Origin: a virus
IMG/VR virus record: IMGVR_UViG_3300029928_000020
Span: 1 to 42,647 of that record
Direction: 5' to 3' (one strand)
Length of the DNA: 42,647 bases
Part shown: in pieces, positions 31,908 to 38,858 of the stretch
Numbering within the stretch: position 1 is the first letter of the stretch
How the letters are laid out: the number at the start of each line of letters is the position of its first letter
Made by a program: the position numbers and the translations under genes
The notes under the pieces: model-generated
Told to the model about the DNA's origin: nothing
Databases searched by the model: none
What the model saw: only the letters and a program-made list of their open reading frames with translations

Positions 31908-32058
31908 TGCTTTCACCGCCTTTCGCTTCAAGGAGCTGTTTCAGCCGGGCGTTTTCCGCTTCCAGCCGTGCCAACTCCATGCCGTCATGGGCAATGGTCT
32001 CCATGATGTAGTCGTATTCCGCCGCCGTGATGGTGACGGTCTTTGCTGCTTTTGTCAT
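31870..32058 (-). CDS. Small coiled-coil protein (62 aa)
   Basis: GGAGG RBS; MTKAAKTVTITAAEYDYIMETIAHDGMELARLEAENARLKQLLEA. Confidence 0.5.
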   Translation of the reverse strand: MTKAAKTVTITAAEYDYIMETIAHDGMELARLEAENARLKQLLEAKGGESNAGQQQAKGSAV

Positions 32059-32076
32059 CACTCGTCCTCCAATTCG

Positions 32077-32130
32077 GCCCGCCCCGCTTTGCGTCGCGGG
32101 CTTCGTCCTGCGGTAGCCCCTTACGGGGCT
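32077..32130 (-). other. Two GC-rich intergenic hairpins flanked by three AGGACGA repeats
   Basis: gcccgc...gcgggc (32077-32101) and agcccc-ttac-ggggct (32115-32130; GUAA loop on the minus strand); TCGTCCT at 32062, 32103, 32135. Confidence 0.6.
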
Positions 32131-32150
32131 GTCCTCGTCCTAGATTCGTT

Positions 32151-32519
32151 TCACTCATCCTCAAATTCGATCCAATTCATGGGGTCGCCGAAGTCCAGCT
32201 TTAGGCCCATCCGCTTGTAGACGGCCTGCACTGCGTCCGCGCTGGTAAAGCTGTCCACGATATACCGCTGCATCACGTGCAGCACCCGGTGACAGCGCTT
32301 GCCGCCGAACCCGTGCAGGTCGGAAAGGGCCATGCACACGGCGGCGAAACAGATTTGATAGGTTCCGTTGATCCCCGCCGTTCGCCCGTCCTCGTAGGCT
32401 TTGTCAAGGTCTTTCGGCGTGATCCCGTTTTTCAGCAGGGACGCGACCTTTTGATCGTGGCTCATCCGCTGCCATTTGGGTTGCTGCTTCTGGGCGGCCC
32501 GGCGCTGTGCTCGGTTCAT
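32151..32519 (-). CDS. Hypothetical protein (122 aa)
   Basis: Clean ORF; 4-nt overlap with the upstream gene; basic N-terminus. Confidence 0.6.
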   Translation of the reverse strand: MNRAQRRAAQKQQPKWQRMSHDQKVASLLKNGITPKDLDKAYEDGRTAGINGTYQICFAAVCMALSDLHGFGGKRCHRVLHVMQRYIVDSFTSADAVQAVYKRMGLKLDFGDPMNWIEFEDE

Positions 32520-33172
32520 GGCCGGTAGCCCTCCAATACGACGTATTCATCCGGGTCAATAACAACGTTGGCCCCCTTCGCATTTACCCACCCGGTGCGC
32601 TCCCCTTCGTAATAACTCATGACCAGCAAAATATCGCCGTCGCAATAATTTTCGCCGTGGTCGTTCTCGCCCATTACGATTCTGATATACTCGCCCGGTT
32701 CTGCCCACCTTTTTACTTTCCGCACTTCGGGTTTCTCCCCGGCCTTCCTTTGGCTGTTCCACAGCCGATCAAACGCCAGCTCCGCGCCCTTTCGCCAGTT
32801 GAACTTGTCTTCCGGGTTCCTACGGGCAACGGCCCCCTTGATTTCCTTGCCGTCAATGGTCATGATGGCTCTGGTGGTGTCGCCGTCGCAATCAATCACA
32901 ATCCGATAATGCTTTCGTTGGGTAAAATCAATCTTGTCGAAATCAACGACGTTGCGGTCGTAGTGACCGTTGCTTTGCGTCAGCTTGCCGTTCATGTAAA
33001 AACCAATTTCCAAAACTGAACATTCGGGAACATGATAAGTGATTTTCTTATCGCCGTTCCAGACAACCCCGCGCTTTTCGCACTCGTTCAGCACCGCCAT
33101 TTTCTGCTTGTCGTTCTTGCAGCGAATATCCACTTTCCCGGCGAAAAAATCATTGATGGTGTACTTCTTCAT
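32516..33172 (-). CDS. Hypothetical protein (218 aa; start uncertain, 33172 or 33211)
   Basis: Long ORF, no recognisable motif; MKKYTINDFFAGKVDIRC... Confidence 0.6.
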   Translation of the reverse strand: MKKYTINDFFAGKVDIRCKNDKQKMAVLNECEKRGVVWNGDKKITYHVPECSVLEIGFYMNGKLTQSNGHYDRNVVDFDKIDFTQRKHYRIVIDCDGDTTRAIMTIDGKEIKGAVARRNPEDKFNWRKGAELAFDRLWNSQRKAGEKPEVRKVKRWAEPGEYIRIVMGENDHGENYCDGDILLVMSYYEGERTGWVNAKGANVVIDPDEYVVLEGYRP

Positions 33173-33185
33173 GGCTTTTTTCCTT

Positions 33186-33449
33186 TCATTCTCTTTCATT
33201 CGGCCTTCCATAGCCCGTGGTGCTATTCCTGTGGCGCTCCTTCGGGTCGCCCCAGCTGATTTTCAGCGGGCTGGACGGCACCCGCAGCTCGTACAGGCGG
33301 CAGCCAGCTTCAAAAGCCTCGTGATAATGGGCGCTCTCTTGGCAATAGCAGCGGAAGCCCTCCGCCCCGTGCACCTCCGGCCAATGCCAAAGGCAAGTCT
33401 GGCATTTACCGGGGCGCTTGGTCTTGTTGATCTTCATGTTGATCGGCAT
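33186..33449 (-). CDS. Cys/His-rich small protein (87 aa)
   Basis: KCQTCLWHWPEVHGAEGFRCYCQESAHYHEAFEAGC suggests metal binding. Confidence 0.45.
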   Translation of the reverse strand: MPINMKINKTKRPGKCQTCLWHWPEVHGAEGFRCYCQESAHYHEAFEAGCRLYELRVPSSPLKISWGDPKERHRNSTTGYGRPNERE

Positions 33450-33465
33450 ACACGTTACTTCCTAT

Positions 33466-34020
33466 TTACGCTTCTCGTTTTATCAAGTAATAGTTCCCGG
33501 AAGAATCGCAGGCGGCCTTATTTTTTTGCAAACAATTACTTATATATCCAGATGTTCTTCCAAGAAACCGCCCGGCCTCCGACATGGAACAAAATCTATA
33601 GTTCATTTCGTCGGAAGAAAGGATGACCGCTGACTGGTTCTTCCGATAAAGTCCATCTGAAAAGCCTTTTTGGATATTTTCTTTCAGACTGACCCATTCC
33701 AAGTTAACCGAACGGTTATTCATAGGATTTCCGTCAATGTGGTTCACGGTCATTCCTTCCGAATAGCCGTCACACCATGTCAGCGCGACCAGCCTTGCAA
33801 CAAGAAACGTGTACTCTTTGCCGTCTTTCCACAGACCGACACGTGCGTCTTTTCTGCCGCGCCTGTTTGTGTAGCATTTCTGTTTCAAGACGCGCTGTTT
33901 CCAAACCCGTTTCGGATACCGGGAATTGCTGGTTGTTTTCCCTTCGCAAGTCCTGATGTTTCCAAAGTTTGACGCTTGATACAATTTTTCAAAACCGGGA
34001 ATATCAAGCCATTTTTCCAT
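33466..34020 (-). CDS. Free-standing HNH homing endonuclease (NUMOD4 + HNH_3)
   Basis: WLDIPGFEKLYQASNFGNIRT (NUMOD4); VNHIDGNPMNNRSVNLEWVSLKEN (HNH); visibly AT-richer than its flanks. Confidence 0.85.
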   Translation of the reverse strand: MEKWLDIPGFEKLYQASNFGNIRTCEGKTTSNSRYPKRVWKQRVLKQKCYTNRRGRKDARVGLWKDGKEYTFLVARLVALTWCDGYSEGMTVNHIDGNPMNNRSVNLEWVSLKENIQKGFSDGLYRKNQSAVILSSDEMNYRFCSMSEAGRFLGRTSGYISNCLQKNKAACDSSGNYYLIKREA

Positions 34021-34044
34021 TTTCATCACCACCTTTCTTCCCCG

Positions 34045-34626
34045 TTAATCAAAAGGGAGGTCGTCGTCCGTGACTTCCTGATACCCGTTGTTCTGGGCCG
34101 GGGCCGCGCTCTGGGTCTTGCTGCCCAAGGGCTTGTCCTTGGGCAGGGTGTAGCTGCCCTCCCGGACGCTGTCGGCGCTGATGGCCCGGAAGGGGCGCAC
34201 CGCCCAGCCGTGCTGGCCGTTGTAGTCCCATTCCTCATTGCGGAACAGAATACCAACGGTTTTTCCCGTCAGGCTGTTTTCGTTCCAGTCCCACGTATAG
34301 CCGGGATTGCTCCGTTCCACCGCCGTCACAAAGCCCTTGAAGCTGCTCTTGGTCATTTCGTCCTTTTCGCTGCCGTCGTCCAGCGGCAGCCAGACGCGCA
34401 GCAGGCCGCGCCACTTCTTGTCCGCGTTGACGTTGGCGTTAAAGTCCCGCTGGAAAAATCCGGCGTGTTCTCCCTCGGTGATGTCGAACAGTAGGCACAG
34501 CTGCGGGCCGTAGTTCGTGTCCTGTACGCGGACTTGCTTCACCTTGCACACATACGCGCCCAGCGGCAGCTTGGGCCGGTCGGAAAAGGCTTGTACGGAA
34601 TCCCAGTTGTTAGGCTTGCGAATCAT
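34045..34626 (-). CDS. DUF669-type phage ssDNA-binding-like protein
   Basis: LPLGAYVCKVKQVRVQDTNYGPQLCLLFDITEGEHAGFF; SSB-like acidic tail DDDLPFD; adjacent to a Sak4-like ATPase. Confidence 0.7.
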   Translation of the reverse strand: MIRKPNNWDSVQAFSDRPKLPLGAYVCKVKQVRVQDTNYGPQLCLLFDITEGEHAGFFQRDFNANVNADKKWRGLLRVWLPLDDGSEKDEMTKSSFKGFVTAVERSNPGYTWDWNENSLTGKTVGILFRNEEWDYNGQHGWAVRPFRAISADSVREGSYTLPKDKPLGSKTQSAAPAQNNGYQEVTDDDLPFD

Positions 34627-34639
34627 GGTTTATTCCTCC

Positions 34640-35287
34640 TTAAAAATCTTCCAATGCTTTCAGTACTTCGGTCATGTCGTTGTCGATGATGTTTTCCGTG
34701 AACGCTCCCAGCGGCGTTTTCGCCGTGGAAAAATTGGCCTGTGTCTCGAAGACGTGTCGCCCGTCGATCACCTTAGCCAGCAGCACCGTGGGGAACTTGC
34801 TTTCCAGCGTGATCTTGTCCAGCTTCTTGCCGCTGGTCTTGATCCGGGTGAACAGATAGCCGTTGTCGTCGTGGTCGGTCTGGGTGTGCGCCACAAAAAT
34901 GACGGTCACGTCCTCCCGCATGGTCAGGGAGTAGTCCACGATGTCATAGATGGCGCAGGCCAGATCAAGCCACTTGTCATAGCCCTTTTCCTTGCTCCGG
35001 CGCATTTCGTCCGCCACCATGATGCCGTTGATGGTGTCCACGACCACCGTTTTCACGTGGGCAAATTCCTCGCTTTCGTTGATTCGGTGGAGCATTTTCA
35101 ACACGATCTCCTGCTTGTCGGTGCAAAGGTAGTTCTTGTTTTCCGTGTTGTACTGCTTTTTCCAGCCCTTCCACGACAAGCCTTTTTTATCGCAGTCGAT
35201 GTAGCACGTGGTCTTCGGGTCGAGGTTCCGGCAGGAGGTCGTTTTCCCGCTGCCGGATTCGCCCATCACACAGATGACCTTGCTCAT
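34640..35287 (-). CDS. Sak4-like RecA-fold ATPase (AAA_24)
   Basis: Walker A VMGESGSGKTTS, Walker B VVVDTING. Confidence 0.8.
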   Translation of the reverse strand: MSKVICVMGESGSGKTTSCRNLDPKTTCYIDCDKKGLSWKGWKKQYNTENKNYLCTDKQEIVLKMLHRINESEEFAHVKTVVVDTINGIMVADEMRRSKEKGYDKWLDLACAIYDIVDYSLTMREDVTVIFVAHTQTDHDDNGYLFTRIKTSGKKLDKITLESKFPTVLLAKVIDGRHVFETQANFSTAKTPLGAFTENIIDNDMTEVLKALEDF

Positions 35288-35300
35288 TCTGCGTCACTCC

Positions 35301-35786
35301 TTACTTGATATTGATATTCAGCTTTTCAGCCACCGCCGCGCCGGGAATCTCTTCCCCGGCTTTCAGCGCCTTTTTGACCTCGGTTTTGTCGATCTCCGGC
35401 TCCCTGATCCGCAGCAGCTCCGGGCGGTTGACCACGGCCCACGTGCGCAGCGTCCCTTCGTCGGCGATCTCCACCGCCTCCGACTTGCGGAAACTGACAG
35501 CGCATTTTTCGGTGGCGAATTTTGCACCTTGAAGGGCCTTTCCCAGCCATTCTTTCAGGCCCTTTGCCTTATTCGTGGCCGCCTTTTCACGGGCCTCAAA
35601 CGCCTGCTTTTCGGCCTTAAAGGCTGCCGCGTCGGCTTCCAGATTCTTGACCCAAAGGGCCACGTTTTCCAGCTTGGCTTTCCGCTCCATTTGCAGCGCG
35701 TCCAGCCGTTCCCCGTCGATGATCTCGCCGGTTTCCTGATCGATGCAGGCCATGATTTCTTCGTCGATCTGCCATAATGTTGCCAT
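35301..35786 (-). CDS. Siphovirus Gp157-family protein
   Basis: MATLWQIDEEIMACIDQETGEIIDGERLDALQMERKAKLENVALWVKNLEADAAAFKAEK is the typical pattern. Confidence 0.7.
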   Translation of the reverse strand: MATLWQIDEEIMACIDQETGEIIDGERLDALQMERKAKLENVALWVKNLEADAAAFKAEKQAFEAREKAATNKAKGLKEWLGKALQGAKFATEKCAVSFRKSEAVEIADEGTLRTWAVVNRPELLRIREPEIDKTEVKKALKAGEEIPGAAVAEKLNINIK

Positions 35787-35802
35787 CTCTGTTTTTCTCC
35801 TT

Positions 35803-36321
35803 TTATTTTCTTAGGTTGCAGCAGTCGTTTTTGTTGAAATTGACACATTCCCTGAAGTATGCATAGGCTGCGTCTTCATCCTCACACACGGAAACCTCAT
35901 CAAAGCCGGTGATCTTCGCCAGCGCGTCCAGCTTTTTTTCCAACGGCAGGTGGCTGTATCCGGCGTGTTTAACCGTGTACTCGCTGTAATCCAGCGGCAG
36001 CCACGACCGTATCCAGTGATTGACCCGCAGGAACTCCACAATGATTTTCGGGCACTGGATGGCGTTCAGCCGGTCGAAATCCACAAACTGTGGAACATAT
36101 GGGGATAACCGCACCGCCACATCGAAGCCCTCCGCCTGCAAGGTCTCAATGGCCCTGATCCGCCGCTCGGTGGATACGGCCTTTTCCGCCGGAATCCACG
36201 TGGTGCTGATCTGGATATGGGCCAGCCGCTTGTCCCACTCCACGCTGAAAACCTGATGCCCGTGGGCTTCAAAGGCTTTCCCGATGCTGCGCGTTCCGGC
36301 GAACAGTTCCAGTACCTTCAT
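35803..36321 (-). CDS. Chimeric ORF: C5-cytosine methyltransferase motif-I N-terminus (~30 aa) joined to an unrelated C-terminal domain
   Basis: MKVLELFAGTRSIGKAFEAHGHQVFSVEWDK (FxGxG SAM motif), then no PC, ENV or QxRxR motifs; the remainder resembles the distal half of a radical-SAM/TIM-barrel enzyme without CxxxCxxC. Confidence 0.6.
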   Translation of the reverse strand: MKVLELFAGTRSIGKAFEAHGHQVFSVEWDKRLAHIQISTTWIPAEKAVSTERRIRAIETLQAEGFDVAVRLSPYVPQFVDFDRLNAIQCPKIIVEFLRVNHWIRSWLPLDYSEYTVKHAGYSHLPLEKKLDALAKITGFDEVSVCEDEDAAYAYFRECVNFNKNDCCNLRK

Positions 36322-36378
36322 TCTTCATGTCCCTTTCCATGATGGAATCTGGCCATGAATGGCTTCTGCCGTTCCGGG

Positions 36379-36576
36379 TCAGTCCACGGTCACTTCCCGC
36401 CGGAAATGTTCGTCCAAGCATTCCGCGCAAATGGCTTCGCCGTTGATCTCGTAGTAGTAGTCCTCCGCCACCGGCTTGCCGCAATAGCTGCATTCCGGCA
36501 CTTGGCTTTCCAGCCGGGCCAGCTCCGCGTCGTAGGCGGCAGCGTCGGCCTCCGGGTCGTCAGTGTATCGAAACAT
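36379..36576 (-). CDS. Small zinc-ribbon protein (65 aa)
   Basis: AAGGAGG RBS; CSYCGKP...CAEC. Confidence 0.55.
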   Translation of the reverse strand: MFRYTDDPEADAAAYDAELARLESQVPECSYCGKPVAEDYYYEINGEAICAECLDEHFRREVTVD

Positions 36577-36622
36577 GGGCTTCCCCTCCTTTCTTGCGGC
36601 CCGTTCCACGCCTTGCGGCGCG

Positions 36623-36781
36623 TTACGGGCTTCGCGTCTGCGGAGCGGCTTCGCCGCTGTCCTCAACGCTCGGTGCTGCGCACCCTTTCTTGATTTCGTA
36701 GTCGATTTTCACGCCCGTCTGGTCGGCGTACAGGTTGGCCAGAAGGGAAAGAATCCTTTCAGCCGTTGGGGTTTCATGCAT
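36623..36781 (-). CDS. Hypothetical micro-protein (52 aa, not in the ORF track)
   Basis: GGAGGTG RBS before ATG 36781; MHETPTAERILSLLANLYADQTGVKIDYEIKKG... Confidence 0.35.
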   Translation of the reverse strand: MHETPTAERILSLLANLYADQTGVKIDYEIKKGCAAPSVEDSGEAAPQTRSP

Positions 36782-36859
36782 CTGGCCCACCTCCGTGTCA
36801 TTTTTCTTCCAACCCGTCGGCCATGATCTGCGCCCATGCCCGGTAGGCGGTTATCAGCC

Positions 36860-37033
36860 TTACCATTCGCCAGCCCTGCGCAGCTCGTGGTAAATCATGG
36901 TGTAGCAGACCAGCCACCCGCCGGAGATCATCAGCGCCGCAAGGGTGGCCGTATTCAGGCTTTCAATGGCGCACAGGGAGCAGGCGAACACGATGGCCGC
37001 AATGGTGGTCAGAATGTTCATAAATCTCTTCAT
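36860..37033 (-). CDS. Small two-TM membrane protein (57 aa, not in the ORF track)
   Basis: GGAGGGAAG RBS; MKRFMNILTTIAAIVFACSLCAIESLNTATLAALMISGGWLVCYTMIY. Confidence 0.5.
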   Translation of the reverse strand: MKRFMNILTTIAAIVFACSLCAIESLNTATLAALMISGGWLVCYTMIYHELRRAGEW

Positions 37034-37051
37034 GGGGCTTCCCTCCTTCCC

Positions 37052-37300
37052 TTATTCGTCAAGGCTTTCCGCCGTTTCGTCCAGCTCCGCCAGCCGGTCT
37101 TCGATGTTCTCCATCGTCAGGCCCTTGGCGGCCAGCTCCCGGCCCTTCCGTTCCTCAAAACGCAGGGTGTTCATGTACGCCCGGCGGCGGTTCATCAGGC
37201 GGACGTACTTTTCGTACAGGCGGACATGTTCCGATTCCCGCAGGCGGGAGATTTCCTCGTCGATCTCCTCCATCGTGTGGAGGCTTACGCTTCGTGGCAT
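37052..37300 (-). CDS. Hypothetical coiled-coil protein (82 aa)
   Basis: AAGGAG RBS; MPRSVSLHTMEEIDEEISRLRESEH... Confidence 0.55.
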   Translation of the reverse strand: MPRSVSLHTMEEIDEEISRLRESEHVRLYEKYVRLMNRRRAYMNTLRFEERKGRELAAKGLTMENIEDRLAELDETAESLDE

Positions 37301-37317
37301 GGTCGTGCTCCTTTCGT

Positions 37318-37334
37318 GTACAGTTAAACTGTAC
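37318..37334. promoter_or_regulatory. Perfect 17-bp palindromic operator GTACAGTT-A-AACTGTAC
   Basis: 8-1-8 perfect dyad between the cro-like stop and the next RBS; related sites lie in the switch region. Confidence 0.7.
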
Positions 37335-37351
37335 TTTTGCTTCAAAAAAAA

Positions 37352-37567
37352 TTACTCGCCAAATCGGATATAATTCAGAGATAACCCAAGTGCGCTTTCG
37401 ATTTTCCCAAGCATTTTTACATTGGGATACCTTCGTCCTGCCTCCCATGCAATAACGGTGGATTCACTCACACCGCACTTTTCCGCAAATTCTTTTTGCG
37501 TCAATTTGGCATTTACACGTGCGGCGGCCAAAGAAAACGAAGGATAAGAAATGCTGTGTTCAGACAT
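37352..37567 (-). CDS. Cro-like XRE-family HTH regulator (71 aa)
   Basis: LTQKEFAEKCGVSESTVIAWEAGRRYPNVKMLGKIESALG; second gene of the lytic transcript. Confidence 0.8.
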   Translation of the reverse strand: MSEHSISYPSFSLAAARVNAKLTQKEFAEKCGVSESTVIAWEAGRRYPNVKMLGKIESALGLSLNYIRFGE

Positions 37568-37594
37568 CGCGGTTCACCTCCCTTGCATAGTTCT

Positions 37595-37620
37595 TGCCCT
37601 CGTGACCTCCGGGGCGGGTG
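37595..37620. repeat. 26-bp element, inverted copy of 41586..41611
   Basis: tgccctcgtgacctccggggcgggtg is the reverse complement of cacccgccccggaggtcacgagggca. Confidence 0.9.
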
Positions 37621-37681
37621 GCTTAATCTCCATTTTTGCCCCCTTCCGGGGATTAGCTGCCCCGGCTCGGCGTGTTGTTAA

Positions 37682-37939
37682 TTATTGGAAATTTTTACGG
37701 ATGCTGTTCAGCACCTTGCATTCTTCATCAATGTATCGATTCATGGCTACGCATACCGCAACATGTGGATTATCTTGGAGACTGTTCACAGCTTCCATCA
37801 GTTGATAATAAATATTGATAAAAACCCTCCTGTCGTCAGTTACTTGCGGAAAAATGCCACTCCACGTTTTGACCGTCTTGCCATACTTCATTTTGAGAAC
37901 TTCCAGTTTCAGGGACTTCCAAGTATTGTTCATGCTCAT
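37682..37939 (-). CDS. First lytic early gene, hypothetical (85 aa), AT-rich
   Basis: AAAGGAAG RBS; MSMNNTWKSLKLEVLKMKYGK...; immediately downstream of the lytic promoter. Confidence 0.6.
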   Translation of the reverse strand: MSMNNTWKSLKLEVLKMKYGKTVKTWSGIFPQVTDDRRVFINIYYQLMEAVNSLQDNPHVAVCVAMNRYIDEECKVLNSIRKNFQ

Positions 37940-37964
37940 TATTCTTGCTTCCTTTCGTTCGGCA

Positions 37965-37981
37965 GTACAGTTTAACCGTAC
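37965..37981. promoter_or_regulatory. Operator site GTACAGTT-T-AACCGTAC (15/16 dyad)
   Basis: Matches the 37318 palindrome; lies just downstream of the predicted lytic transcription start. Confidence 0.65.
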
Positions 37982-37991
37982 CTGCAATGCT

Positions 37992-38020
37992 ATATTACAA
38001 TAATTTTTTGCCATTGTCAA
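37992..38020 (-). promoter_or_regulatory. Lytic (early) promoter
   Basis: Minus strand TTGACA (38020-15), 17 nt, TAATAT (37997-92). Confidence 0.7.
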
Positions 38021-38034
38021 CAGGTAGACTGTAC
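38018..38034. promoter_or_regulatory. Degenerate operator (12/17 match) overlapping the -35 of the lytic promoter
   Basis: caacaggtagactgtac vs gtacagttaaactgtac. Confidence 0.45.
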
Positions 38035-38050
38035 TTTTTGAAAGTTTTTC

Positions 38051-38079
38051 TTGATTTTTTTACAGGGAAGCTGTACAAT
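38051..38079 (+). promoter_or_regulatory. Repressor (lysogenic) promoter
   Basis: TTGATT (38051-56), 17 nt, TACAAT (38074-79); GGAAGGGAGG RBS before ATG 38120. Confidence 0.65.
38060..38076. promoter_or_regulatory. Operator-like site (13/17) inside the repressor promoter spacer/-10
   Basis: ttacagggaagctgtac contains the TACAG...CTGTA dyad. Confidence 0.45.
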
Positions 38080-38119
38080 GATCTTGGGCATAATAAATAA
38101 GGAAGGGAGGCGCGTAAGA

Positions 38120-38494
38120 ATGAAGGATTTGGGAAACAAGCGTGTAATGTCCAAAAATTTGAAGCGGCTTATGGCCGAAAAGGGCGTTTCTGCTAAAGAA
38201 TTAAGCCGAAGGCTTGATTTTCCATATACAACGCTTTTGTCGTGGCTAAAGGCAGATAACTACCCACGGATTGACAAAATAGAATCCATGGCAAATTATT
38301 TCGGGGTGCAGAAGTCCGACCTGATAGAAGAAAAGCTCACGGACGAACAAAAAGCGGGCAACGAAGCCCTTGCCGGGATCATTGTCCGCTTGAGAATGGA
38401 TGCCGATTTCCGGCAGATCGTCGAGACGCTGGACGCGCTGGACGCTGAAAAGCTGAAAGGCGTTCAGCAGATGTTAGACGCTTTTGCTAAGTAA
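38120..38494 (+). CDS. CI-like XRE-family repressor (124 aa, no S24 peptidase domain)
   Basis: NLKRLMAEKGVSAKELSRRLDFPYTTLLSWLKADNYPRIDKIESMANYFG; divergent from the lytic promoter. Confidence 0.8.
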   Translation: MKDLGNKRVMSKNLKRLMAEKGVSAKELSRRLDFPYTTLLSWLKADNYPRIDKIESMANYFGVQKSDLIEEKLTDEQKAGNEALAGIIVRLRMDADFRQIVETLDALDAEKLKGVQQMLDAFAK

Positions 38495-38578
38495 GGTAAG
38501 AATCAAGTCGATCAGCTCTATGTCATTGCAGGAAATCAGGGCTTCCGTGATGGCTTGCAGATATTCGTCTTTGGTCAT
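38474..38578 (-). CDS. Possible micro-ORF (34 aa), convergent with and overlapping the repressor 3' end
   Basis: AAAGGA RBS; MTKDEYLQAITEALISCNDIELIDLILTLLSKSV. Confidence 0.25.
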   Translation of the reverse strand: MTKDEYLQAITEALISCNDIELIDLILTLLSKSV

Positions 38579-38689
38579 TTTGCTTTTTCCTTTCATCACT
38601 TGAGGTAGGAACGCACGTTCTAAGAAACATCCTACAACAGGATTTTCAGGCTTGCAACCCTTTTCCCGATATTCGGAAAATTCGGAATT

Positions 38690-38724
38690 GCGGCGGGTGT
38701 GCAGCACCACCTACCACCCGCCGC
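38690..38724. other. Perfect 10-bp GC stem-loop in a ~260-bp non-coding region
   Basis: gcggcgggtg-(15 nt)-cacccgccgc; preceded by a direct TTCGGAA repeat (38672, 38681). Confidence 0.7.
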
Positions 38725-38858
38725 GTCCCGGAATGACAGGCCATTTCTGACCCACCCAAAGCATAGGACAGATCAGGCCGAAAGTACACAGCCGGAGACG
38801 GCGATCCCGCCGCCCAAATGCTGGTACTTTGACCGCCGTACATCAGGAGGCAACAAAA

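Noticed and set aside
36836-37373. 163- and 142-aa plus-strand ORFs in the early region
   Set aside because: They are antisense to RBS-supported minus-strand micro-ORFs and are Arg/Ser/Ala-rich with no start signals.
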